Below, in pieces: positions 33,998 to 43,239 of a DNA stretch of 64,000 nt; within the stretch, counting starts at the first letter, position 1; every line of letters begins with the position of its first letter. The notes under the pieces were generated by a model. The model saw only the letters and a list, made by a program, of their open reading frames with translations, ran no database searches and was not told the origin of the DNA. This DNA is from an uncultured Actinomycetota bacterium. GTDB taxonomy: Bacteria; Actinomycetota; Actinomycetes; S36-B12. A program made the position numbers and the translations under genes. The stretch is from assembly GCA_963749905.1 (NCBI GenBank), contig CAVVOF010000007.1, positions 9,941-73,940 of the forward strand, read 5' to 3'.

Positions 33998-34014
33998 TGG
34001 TGGCCAGTGAGGAG

Positions 34015-34350
34015 TTACGCCTCGCCGCGCAGCTTGGCCAGGGCCTCCTGCAGGATGGCGGCGCCGTCCTCGTCGGAGCGCCGCTCCTTCACATAGGCCA
34101 GGTGCGTCTTGTACGGCTCGATCTTCGGGGGGTCCGGCGGGTTGTCGCGATCCGGTCCGGCGGGCAGGCCGCACCGTGGGCAGTCCCACTCCTCCGGCAC
34201 GGCGGCGTCCGCGGCGAAGCTCGGCCGGGACTCATGCCCACGCGAGCACCAGAAGGACACCCACGTGCGAGGAGCCGCTTCGCCGCGCTCGGCCTCCCCC
34301 ATCGGTCCCGCGCCGACGCGACTGCCACGAATCGCGCTACCACCCGCCAT
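34015..34350 (-). CDS. rbpA: RNA polymerase-binding protein RbpA
   Basis: Trimmed to the ATG at 34350. MAGGSAIRGSRVGAGPMGEAERGEAAPR…VSFWC..GHE…WDCPRCG…KTHLAYVKERRS…. Confidence 0.9.
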   Translation of the reverse strand: MAGGSAIRGSRVGAGPMGEAERGEAAPRTWVSFWCSRGHESRPSFAADAAVPEEWDCPRCGLPAGPDRDNPPDPPKIEPYKTHLAYVKERRSDEDGAAILQEALAKLRGEA

Positions 34351-34369
34351 GTGCTGCCTTCCGTTGAGG

Positions 34370-34630
34370 TCAGGCCCCGGTGCTGACCAGCAGGCCGACG
34401 GCGATGATGCTCGCCGCCCAGACCAAGCCGAGGCCCACCGTGAGCCGATCGAGGTTCTTCTCCGCCACCGAGGAGCCGCCCACCGACGAGGTGACGCCGC
34501 CGCCGAAGAGATCGGACAGGCCGCCGCCCTTGCCACGGTGCAGCAGGATCAGCACGACGAGCAGGATGCTCGTGATGACAAGAACCACTGCCAACGCGAT
34601 GGTGATCGCGGTGATCATTGATTGCTCCAA
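34370..34630 (-). CDS. secG: Preprotein translocase subunit SecG
   Basis: 86 aa, two TM helices, LLHRGKGGGLSDLFGGG motif. Confidence 0.9.
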   Translation of the reverse strand: MEQSMITAITIALAVVLVITSILLVVLILLHRGKGGGLSDLFGGGVTSSVGGSSVAEKNLDRLTVGLGLVWAASIIAVGLLVSTGA

Positions 34631-34679
34631 GGGTCTCGGGACCGCCCAAGGGGCGGACCCGTAGAGGATACGTGGTCGG

Positions 34680-35474
34680 TCAGCCGACGAGCTCGGGCGG
34701 GTGCAGTCGGAAGCGGATGATCCCGACGAACTCGTCCGGATCCAGGCTCGCGCCGCCGATCAGCGCACCGTCGACGTCGGGCTTCGCCATGATGCCGGCC
34801 ACGTTCGAGGACTTCACCGAACCGCCGTACAGGATGCGGACCGCAGCCGCCGCATCAGCGCCGAACGTCTCGCCGACTCGCGCCCGGATCGCGCCGCACA
34901 CCTCCTGGGCGTCCTCGGGGGTGGCCACCTCGCCGGTGCCGATGGCCCATACCGGCTCGTACGCGATCACCAGGCCAGCCACCTGCTCGGCGGTCAGGCC
35001 CTCGAGGTCGGCGTCGAGCTGGGCCAGCACGTACGGCACCTGGTCGCCGGCCTGACGGATGGGCAGTCCCTCGCCCATGCACACGATCGGCACCAGCTCG
35101 TTGCGCAGGGCGGACTTCGTCTTGGCGTTGACCACCTCGTCGGTCTCGCCGTTGTACTCGCGGCGCTCGCTGTGGCCCACGGTGACGTAGGTGCAGCCGA
35201 GCTTCGCCAGCATCGGACCGCTGACCTGACCGGTGTAGGCGCCCGAGTCCTGCACGGCGAGGTCCTGCGCGCCGTACTGGAGCTCGTACTTGTCGCCGTC
35301 GACCAGCGTCTGCACCGAGCGGATGTCGGTGAACGGCGGCAGGACGGCCACGTCCACGGCAGCGAAGTCATCCTCGTTCAGCGCGAAGGCGAGCTTCTGC
35401 ACGAGGGCGATCGCCTCAAGGTGGTTCAGGTTCATCTTCCAGTTGCCGGCCATGAGCGGCTTGCGATCGGCCAT
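34680..35474 (-). CDS. tpiA: Triose-phosphate isomerase
   Basis: 264 aa. MAGNWKMN…VGHSERR…[12 protein letters not shown]. Confidence 0.95.
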   Translation of the reverse strand: MADRKPLMAGNWKMNLNHLEAIALVQKLAFALNEDDFAAVDVAVLPPFTDIRSVQTLVDGDKYELQYGAQDLAVQDSGAYTGQVSGPMLAKLGCTYVTVGHSERREYNGETDEVVNAKTKSALRNELVPIVCMGEGLPIRQAGDQVPYVLAQLDADLEGLTAEQVAGLVIAYEPVWAIGTGEVATPEDAQEVCGAIRARVGETFGADAAAAVRILYGGSVKSSNVAGIMAKPDVDGALIGGASLDPDEFVGIIRFRLHPPELVG

Positions 35475-36691
35475 CAGTTGTCCTCCTCCAGAACGGCGAG
35501 TCCGGGGAGGGTCTTGCCCTCGAGGAACTCCAGGCTGGCACCGCCACCGGTGCTGATGTGGGTGAACGCCGACTCGTCGACGTCCAGGATCCGGACCGCC
35601 GCGGCCGAGTCGCCGCCGCCGATCACGGTGAGGGCTGACGAGTCAGCCATGGCACGCGCCACCGCGAGGGTGCCCGCGGCGAACGGCGCCATCTCGAACA
35701 CGCCCATCGGCCCGTTCCAGACGACGGTCCCGGCGTCCGCGATCTTCGACGCGAACAGCTCCCGCGTCTGCGGTCCGATGTCCAGGCCCATCCAGCCGTC
35801 CGGGATCTGGTCGGCGGCGACGACCTGCGTGGCCGCATCCGCCGCGAACGCGTCGGCGATCACGAAGTCGACGGGCAGCAGCAGCTCGACGCCGCGGGCC
35901 GCCGCCTGGTCGATGAAGCCCCTGACCGTGTCGATCTGGTCGGCCTCGAGCAGCGAGTTGCCGACACCGTGACCCTGGGCGGCCAGGAAGGTGTACGCCA
36001 TCCCGCCGCCGATCAGCAGTCGGTCGACGCGGGTGATCAGGTTGCCGATCACCCCGAGCTTGTCGCTGACCTTGGACCCGCCGAGGATGACGACGAACGG
36101 GCGCGCGGGGTCGGCCATGATGCCGCCGAAGACGGTGGCCTCCTTGTGCACCAGCCTGCCGGCCGCATTGGGCAGCCGGCGCGCCACGTCGGTGACGGAC
36201 GCCTGGTTCCGATGCACCACGCCGAAGCCGTCGGAGACGTAGACGTCGGCGAGTGCGGCGAGCTCGTCGGCGAGCGCGGCGCGCTCCTCGGCGACCTTGC
36301 TGGTCTCGCGTGCGTCGAACCGGATGTTCTCCAGCAGGAGCACGTCGCCCGGCTCGAGGGCCGCGACCATCGCCTGTGCGTGCGGTCCGGTGATGTCGTC
36401 GGCGACCTCGACGTCCGCGTCGAGCAGTTCGCTCAGCCGGTCCGCGACGGGCTGGAGGGTCAGCCCCGGCACGTGCTCGCCCTTGGCCCGACCGAGGTGG
36501 GCGATCACGACCACCTTGGCGCCGCGATCACGGAGGTAGGTCAGCGTGGGCAGCGCGGCCCGGATGCGACCGTCGTCGGTGATCACCTTGGTGTCGTCCG
36601 GGCCGTCGGGACCGTCGGCCAGGGGGACGTTGAAGTCCGCCCTGACCAGCACGGTCCGCCCGGCGACCTCGAGGTCGTCGAGTGACTTCAT
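35474..36691 (-). CDS. pgk: Phosphoglycerate kinase
   Basis: 405 aa. …RADFNVPL…HLGRAKG…GGGDSAAAV…[14 protein letters not shown]. Confidence 0.95.
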   Translation of the reverse strand: MKSLDDLEVAGRTVLVRADFNVPLADGPDGPDDTKVITDDGRIRAALPTLTYLRDRGAKVVVIAHLGRAKGEHVPGLTLQPVADRLSELLDADVEVADDITGPHAQAMVAALEPGDVLLLENIRFDARETSKVAEERAALADELAALADVYVSDGFGVVHRNQASVTDVARRLPNAAGRLVHKEATVFGGIMADPARPFVVILGGSKVSDKLGVIGNLITRVDRLLIGGGMAYTFLAAQGHGVGNSLLEADQIDTVRGFIDQAAARGVELLLPVDFVIADAFAADAATQVVAADQIPDGWMGLDIGPQTRELFASKIADAGTVVWNGPMGVFEMAPFAAGTLAVARAMADSSALTVIGGGDSAAAVRILDVDESAFTHISTGGGASLEFLEGKTLPGLAVLEEDN

Positions 36692-36698
36692 TCCAGCC

Positions 36699-37706
36699 TC
36701 AGAGCTTCGAGCCGACGAGGCCGACGAGGTCGACGAGGCGGTTGCTGTAGCCCCACTCGTTGTCGTACCAGCCGACGACCTTGGCCATGTTGCCGTTGAC
36801 GTAGGTCAGGCCCGAGTCGAAGATGCACGACGACGGGTCGGTGACGATGTCGGTCGACACGATCGGATCCTCGGTGTACTGCAGAATGCCCTTGAGCGGG
36901 CCGTCGGCAGCGGCCTTGATCGCCGCGTTGATCTCTTCCTTGGTGGCCGGCTTCTTGAGCTCGACCGTGAGGTCGGTCGCCGAGCCGGTCGGGACCGGGA
37001 CGCGCATCGCGTAGCCGTCGAGCTTGCCCTTGAGCTGCGGCATGACCAGGGCGATCGCCTTGGCCGCGCCGGTCGTGGTCGGGATCATGTTCAGGGCGGC
37101 GGCGCGGGCGCGACGCAGGTCCTTGTGCGGGTAGTCGAGCACGTTCTGGTCGTTCGTGTAGGCGTGGATCGTGGTCATGAGACCGCGCTCGATGCCGAAC
37201 GCGTCGTCGATGACCTTGGCCATCGGCGCGAGGCAGTTGGTGGTGCAGGAGGCGTTGGAGATGATCACATCCGTGGCCGGGTCGTAGTCGCTCGTCGTTG
37301 ACGCCCATGACGATGGTGATGTCCTCGCCCTTGGCCGGCGCGGAGATGATGACCTTCTTGGCACCCGCGGTCGACGTGCTTCTTGGCATCGTCGGCGTTG
37401 GTGAAGAACCCGGTCGACTCGATGACGATGTCGGCGCCGACCTTGGCCCACGGCAGGGCGGCGGGGTCGCGCTCGGCGAACACCGGGATCGGACGTGCCG
37501 TCGATGACGATCTCGCCCTCACCGGCGACGACGTCCTTGCCGAGGCGGCCGAGGATGCTGTCGTACTTGAGCAGGTGCGCCAGGGTCTTCGTATCCGTCA
37601 GATCGTTGATGCCGACGATCTCGATGTCAGCGCCGCTGGTCACGACGGCCCGGTAGAAGTTACGACCGATTCGGCCGAAGCCGTTGATGCCGACCTTGAT
37701 TGTCAC
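36699..37706 (-). pseudogene. gap: Glyceraldehyde-3-phosphate dehydrogenase with three same-direction single-base indels as assembled
   Basis: GTG at 37706 with a GAGGAG RBS. VTIKVGINGFGRIGRNF…IVIDG is in frame a. [42 protein letters not shown] is in frame b. [26 protein letters not shown] is in frame c. [22 protein letters not shown]… to the stop is back in frame a. The breaks are at about 37495, 37380 and 37290. Confidence 0.9.
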
Positions 37707-37852
37707 TGCCTGCTCCTCGATGACGACGGGCTCTCGTGGAGCGCTGACACGGCCCGGTGCCCGCAAGCGCTTCCATCCTAGCGACGTGGCGTTACCGTCT
37801 CGTTACCGGACTGAGGCCCTCCGACGCCCGATAGATGGACGTCCGATGGCCG

Positions 37853-38836
37853 CTAATCCGGGAGCAGGTCGGGCTCGAGCACCGACTCCGTGCCGGCGAT
37901 CCCGAGCTCGCTCGGCGCGCTTGTCGGCAAGTGCCAGCAGCCGACGGATCCGACCGGCGATGGCGTCCTTCGTCATCGGCGGATCCGCAAGCGCCCCCAG
38001 CTCCTCGAGGCTGGCCTGCTGATGCTCCACCCGCAGCCGACCGGCCACGACCAGGTGCTCGGGCACGTCGTCGCCGAGGATCTCCAACGCCCGCTGGACG
38101 CGGGCACCGGCGGCGACGGCCGCCCGTGCGGATCGGCGCAGGTTGGCGTCGTCGAAGTTCGCCAGCCGGTTGGCGGTGGCCCGGACCTCCCGGCGCATCC
38201 GGCGCTCCTCCCAGGCCATGACCGACTCGTGTGCGCCGAGCCGGGTCAGCATCGCGCCGATCGCGTCGCCGTCGCGGATCACCACCCGATCGACGCCACG
38301 AACCTCACGCGACTTGGCCGCGATGCCCAGCCGCCGAGCCGCGCCCGACGAGCGCCAGGGCCGACTCCGGCCCCGGGGCAGGTGATCTCCAGCGACGACG
38401 AGCGCCCGGCTCGGTGAGCGAGCCGTGCGCGAGGAAGGCGCCCCGCCAGGCGGACTCGCAGTCGCACAGGCCGCCCGAGACGATCGCCGGCGGCAGGCCG
38501 CGCACCGGACGGCCGCTGGCGTCGACGATGCCGGTCTGCCGCGCCAGGGCCTCGCCGCCGTCGACGACGCGGACGAGGTAGCGGGTGCCCTTGCGCAGGC
38601 CGCCCGACTGGATCATCGCGACGTCCGCTCTCGTGTCCGTAGACCTCGAAGATGTCCTTGCGCAGCCGGCGGGCCGTGGCTCCGGTGTCCAGCTCCGCCT
38701 CGATCACGATGTGACCGGCCACGATGTGCAGGCCACCGGCGAACCGCAGGATGGTCGAGACCTCAGCCTTGCGACAGCACGACTTGGTCACCTCGACGCG
38801 GCTCAGTTCGTCCTTCACTGCCGCGGTCATCGCCAT
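37853..38836 (-). pseudogene. whiA: Sporulation/cell-division regulator WhiA, multiply frame-disrupted as assembled
   Basis: Segments: [16 protein letters not shown]…[26 protein letters not shown]…[56 protein letters not shown]…[26 protein letters not shown]. The breaks are at about 38625, 38398, 38372, 38345 and 37911. Confidence 0.9.
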
Positions 38837-38884
38837 GCTGCGTCAACGCTCCGATCCCGTCGGGCCCCGAGGTGCGGTGCCTCT

Positions 38885-39859
38885 CTAGGCAAGCACCGTA
38901 TCGAATGCGACGGCCAGCCGCTGCGGGTCGTGGATGCCGGCCGCGTCCGAGCGGGACACGTCCATCAGGAACAGCTCGGCGCCCAGGTCGGCGCAGGATC
39001 GCTTCAGCGTGCCCATGTCCTCGACGTGGCGCGGGTCGCCGATGACCGTGTCGACCCGCAGGTCGGGCAGGTAGTTGTAGAGCACGTCCAGGTAGGTATG
39101 CGCCGCGAAGCCACTGGTCTCCCCCACCTGAGGATTCAGGTTGAGCACGACGACGCGCCGGGCCGGGCTGTCGGCGATGGCGCGAGCCAGGTCCGGGATG
39201 ACGAGGTGCGGGATGACGGACGTGTACCAGGATCCGGGTCCCAGGACGATGGCATCGGCTTCACTGACCGAGACGATCGCCTCCGGGCAGGCCGGGGGCG
39301 CGGGCGGATCGAGGGCGATGTGCAGGACGTCGCCCGGAGTGGTGGCGACCTCGACCTGTCCCCGCACCTCGAGAACCTCGTCCGGCCGAGTCGGGTCGTG
39401 GCCGAGGACCTCGGCAGTGATGGTCAGCGGCACCACCGAGCACGGCAGCACCCGGCCGTTGGCGCCCAGCAGCGCGGCCACCCAGTCCAGGCCGGTCACC
39501 GCGTCCCCCGTCTCCTCCCAGAGTGCGGTGATCAGCAGGTTGCCGACGGAGTGCCCGGCGAGGTCGCCCTCACCGCCGAAGCGATGCTGGATCACCCGCT
39601 CCCAGGTGCGGCCCCAGCCGTCGTCGCCGCACAGCGCCGCGAGTGCCATCCGCAGGTCTCCGGGCGGCAGCACCCCGAACTCGGACCGCAGTCGCCCGCT
39701 GGAGCCACCGTCGTCGGCGACGCCCACGATCGCGGTCAGCGAGTCGGTCACGCGCCGCAGTGCCTGCAGCGAGGCCGCGAGGCCGTGCCCGCCGCCGAGC
39801 GCGACGACATTGCGCCGGGACGCGGATCCGAGAGGGACGCCGGGCAGTCGCGCGCTCAT
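38885..39859 (-). CDS. yvcK: YvcK/CuvA-family gluconeogenesis factor
   Basis: 324 aa. VVALGGGHGLAASL…VADDGGSSGRLR…GHSVGNL. Conserved whiA-yvcK-rapZ-uvrC order. Confidence 0.88.
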   Translation of the reverse strand: MSARLPGVPLGSASRRNVVALGGGHGLAASLQALRRVTDSLTAIVGVADDGGSSGRLRSEFGVLPPGDLRMALAALCGDDGWGRTWERVIQHRFGGEGDLAGHSVGNLLITALWEETGDAVTGLDWVAALLGANGRVLPCSVVPLTITAEVLGHDPTRPDEVLEVRGQVEVATTPGDVLHIALDPPAPPACPEAIVSVSEADAIVLGPGSWYTSVIPHLVIPDLARAIADSPARRVVVLNLNPQVGETSGFAAHTYLDVLYNYLPDLRVDTVIGDPRHVEDMGTLKRSCADLGAELFLMDVSRSDAAGIHDPQRLAVAFDTVLA

Positions 39860-40770
39860 TCCCGGCCCAGGTCGCGGTGCAGGACGGTCGTCGCGAGGCC
39901 GTCGTGGCCGAGCCGCCCGGCGAGGGCCTCGGCCATCGCGACGCTGCGGTGCTTGCCGCCCGTGCAGCCGACAGCGACCGTCACGTAGCGCTTGCCCTCG
40001 CGCAGGTAGCCCTCGGAGACGATCCGGACGAGCCGCTCGTACGTGTCGAGGAAGGCGATGGCACCGGGCCGCTCGAGGACGTTCGCCGCGACTCGGGGGT
40101 CCTGCCCGGTCAGCGGGCGCAGGTCCTCATCCCAGTACGGATTCGGCAGGAAGCGCGCGTCAGCGACCAGGTCGGCGTCCACCGGGATCCCGTACTTGAA
40201 TCCGAAGGACATGACCGTGCAGGTCAGGCTGCTCGGCCCTTCGTCGGCGAAGGCGTCCTCGATGCGGTGACGGAGCTGGTGCACGTTCAGGGAGGTGGTG
40301 TCGATCACCAGGTCGGCGTTGGCGCGCAGTTCCCCGAGCAGCGCCCGCTCGGCCTGCAGGCCGTCGAGGATCCGCTGGCCGTGCTGGAGCGGGTGCGGAC
40401 GCCGGGAGCTCTCGAACCGGCGGACCAGGGCCTCGTCCGACGCCTCGAGGAACACGGTCCGCAGGTCCACTCCCTCCTGCGGGACCGCGGCCATCACCTC
40501 CGCGACCTGTTCGAAGAACCGACCGCCGCGCGCATCGATCACGACGCCGACGCGTTCCACGTCCGGCGTGCGGCGGGCGAGGTCGACGGCCGCCTGGAGC
40601 AGGGACGGCGGCATGTTGTCGATGATGAACCAGCCGAGGTCCTCGAGCGCACGCGCCGCGGTGGACCGGCCGGCGCCGGACATGCCCGTGACGAGGATCA
40701 GGTGCAGCGGATGCCGGCCAGGCTCGGTGGTCTCCATGGTCCCCTCCGCGGTGAGCGCAGTGTCCATCAT
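39856..40770 (-). CDS. rapZ: RNase adapter protein RapZ (P-loop)
   Basis: 304 aa. LILVTGMSGAGRSTAARALEDLGWFIIDNMP… and C-terminal VGCTGGKHRSV. Confidence 0.9.
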   Translation of the reverse strand: MMDTALTAEGTMETTEPGRHPLHLILVTGMSGAGRSTAARALEDLGWFIIDNMPPSLLQAAVDLARRTPDVERVGVVIDARGGRFFEQVAEVMAAVPQEGVDLRTVFLEASDEALVRRFESSRRPHPLQHGQRILDGLQAERALLGELRANADLVIDTTSLNVHQLRHRIEDAFADEGPSSLTCTVMSFGFKYGIPVDADLVADARFLPNPYWDEDLRPLTGQDPRVAANVLERPGAIAFLDTYERLVRIVSEGYLREGKRYVTVAVGCTGGKHRSVAMAEALAGRLGHDGLATTVLHRDLGRE

Positions 40771-42655
40771 GGCCCATCACCCTGCAAAGATCGACTGACG
40801 ACACCGGCCAGCGCCGGACCGATCCCACGGACCGCCTGCAGCTCCTCGGGGCTCGCCGCCCGGATCGCCTTGCACCGACCCGAAGTGCCGGAGCAGCGCC
40901 TTCGCCTTTGCGGGGCCGAGCCCCGGGATGCCGTCGAGCGCGCTGCGGGTCTGACGCGCCCCGCGGCGCTTGCGGTGGAACGCGATCGCGGTCCGGTGGG
41001 CCTCGTCGCGGACCCGCTGGAGCAGGTACAGGGCCTCACTGGTGCGCGGCAGGATCACCGGATCCGGATCATCCGGGACCCACACCTCCTCGAGTCGCTT
41101 GGCCAGACCGATGACGGGCAGGTCGGTCAGGCCGACGGACATCAGGGCGTCCTGGGCGGCGCGGACCTGTGGCGCCCCGCCGTCCACGACGAGCAGGGCC
41201 GGCGGATAGGCGAACCGACGCTCCCGCGCCACCACCGCCTCCGCGGCGTCGTCGACCCCGTCTTCCGGCGGCTTCGACTGGAAGCGTCGGGTGACCACCT
41301 CGTTCATCGACGCCAGGTCGTCGGCACCCGGTGTGCGGATGATGAACGAGCGGTAGTCGCGCTTGCGCGGCAGGCCGTCCTCGAAGACAACCAGGGACGC
41401 GACGGTGTCCTGCCCCTGCAGAGTGGAGATGTCGATGCACTCGATGCGCAGCGGCGGCTCCGGCAGCGCCAGCGCATCCTGCAGCTCGCGCAGAGCCTGG
41501 CTGCGCGTGGTCAGGTCCGCGGACCGCCGCGCGGTGTGCTGCCTCAGCGTGTTCTCCGCGTTCGCGACCGCCGTGGCCATGAGGGCTCGCTTGTCACCGC
41601 GCTGCGGCGTGCGAATCGTCACCTTGGCCCCGCGCAGGTCGCCCAGCCACTGCGCCCAGGGCCGGGGCTCGTCGAGGTCCGCCGACAGCAGCACCTCACG
41701 GGCGGGCCTGGCCACGTCCGGCTGCGCGTACAGGCGCTGGAGCACCCGCTCGAGATAGCCCGATGTGGTCAGGTCCTCACCCTTCTCCAGCACGAAGCCA
41801 CGCTCGCCCCGGATCCGGCCGCCGCGTACGTGGAACACCTGCACGCCCATCTGCAGGTCGTCCTCGGCGACCCCGATCACGTCCGCGTCCGTGGAGTCGT
41901 CGAAGACCACCGCGTTCCGCTCCAGCGCCCGGGTCAGAGCGCCGCGCCGGTCGCGCAGCCGAGCGGCCTCCTCGTACTCCTGACGGGCCGACGCCTCGAG
42001 CATCTGCCGCTCGACGGACTTGATGAACGGCTCCGCCTGCCCCGACATGAAGTCGCAGAAGTCCTCGACCAGCACCCGGTAGTCCTCGGGTTCGATCCGC
42101 CCGACGCATGGTGCGCTGCACTTGTCGATGTAGCCCAGCAGGCACGGTCGGCCGACCTGCCTGGCTCGCGCGAAGACGCCGTCGCGGCAGGTCCGGATCG
42201 GGAAGACGCGCACCAGCTGGTCCAGGGTGTCGCGGATCGCCCACGCATGGGCATACGGACCGAAGTACCGCGTACCGCGGCGCTTGGCCTCCCGCACCAC
42301 CGCGGCCCGGGGGTACTCCTCCCCCACCGTGACGGCGAGGTACGGGATAGCTCTTGTCGTCGCGGTACTTGACGTTGAACCTCGGGTCGTACTCCTTGAT
42401 CCAGGAGTACTCCAGCGACAGCGCCTCGACCTCGGTGGCCACCACGACCCAGTCGACCGACGTCGCGGTCGTCACCATCGCGCGGGTGCGCGGGTGCAGC
42501 GTCGCGGGATCGGCGAAGTACGACGTCAGCCGCGCGCGCAGGTTGCGCGCCTTGCCGACGTACACGACCTGGCCGTTGCCATCCCGGAAGCGGTACACGC
42601 CCGGCTGGGTGGGGATGTCCCCGGGTGCGGGTCGATAGGACTCCGGGTCGGTCAT
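40767..42655 (-). pseudogene. uvrC: Excinuclease ABC subunit C, two frameshifts as assembled
   Basis: The GIY-YIG N-terminus (…[26 protein letters not shown]…KYRDDKSYP) switches frame at about 42345 (CC read as CCC) to [13 protein letters not shown]… It switches again at about 40873 to KAIRAASPEELQAVRGIGPALA…*. The stop overlaps the rapZ start. Confidence 0.9.
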
Positions 42656-42679
42656 GCCCGCCAGCCTAGGCAGCCGGGG

Positions 42680-43140
42680 TCAGCTGAGGACGACGCTGCC
42701 ACCCTCGACCGCGACGCCGGCCGCCTGCAGGCCTTGCGTCGCCGGCCCGTCGATGACCGAGCCGTCCGTCGCGGAGAACCGCGACCCGTGGCACGGGCAG
42801 ACGATCTCGTTGTCGACGACCTCGGACACCAGGCAGCCCTGGTGCGTGCAGATGGCGGTGAAGGCCTTGACGTCACCCTCGGTCGGCTGCGTGATCACCA
42901 CGGCCGGCTCGGCCAGGATCACGCCGCCGCCCACTGGGATATCGGAGACCTGGGCCACGGCGCCCGCCGCCGCCGCTGCCGCCGACGTCGCGGCAGCGCT
43001 GGGCTCGGGAGACGCGGCAGGCGAGGCCGCGGCGCTCGCCTCCCGCGGCAGCTCTCCGAGCCGGAGGAGCAGGCGGCCACCACGGCACCGACGGCCACGA
43101 TGCCGCCCGCCTGCAGGACGGTGCGACGCTCGATCTCCAT
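42680..43140 (-). pseudogene. Rieske [2Fe-2S] domain lipoprotein with a Tat signal, one frameshift as assembled
   Basis: MEIERRTVLQAGGIVAVGAVVAACSSGSE (twin-Arg motif plus lipobox, AGGAGG RBS) is in one frame. The Ala/Pro linker and the Rieske core (…CTHQGC…CPCHGS…) are in another. One base appears to be missing at about 43053. Confidence 0.65.
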
Positions 43141-43150
43141 GGATCCTCCT

Positions 43151-43184
43151 GGTCAGGGTCGTTGATGGGTCAGGCTCGTTGAAG
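43151..43184. repeat. Tandem 17-bp direct repeat directly upstream of the Rieske gene RBS
   Basis: GGTCAGGGTCGTTGATG / GGTCAGGCTCGTTGAAG (15/17 identical). Starts 1 nt beyond the GGATCCTCCT stretch (43141-43150) that carries the SD of the start codon at 43140. Confidence 0.6.
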
Positions 43185-43239
43185 GTTCAACTCACGCTAC
43201 GGCAGCGGCCCGGCCTCGCCAAGCACCGTCGCCGAGGAT

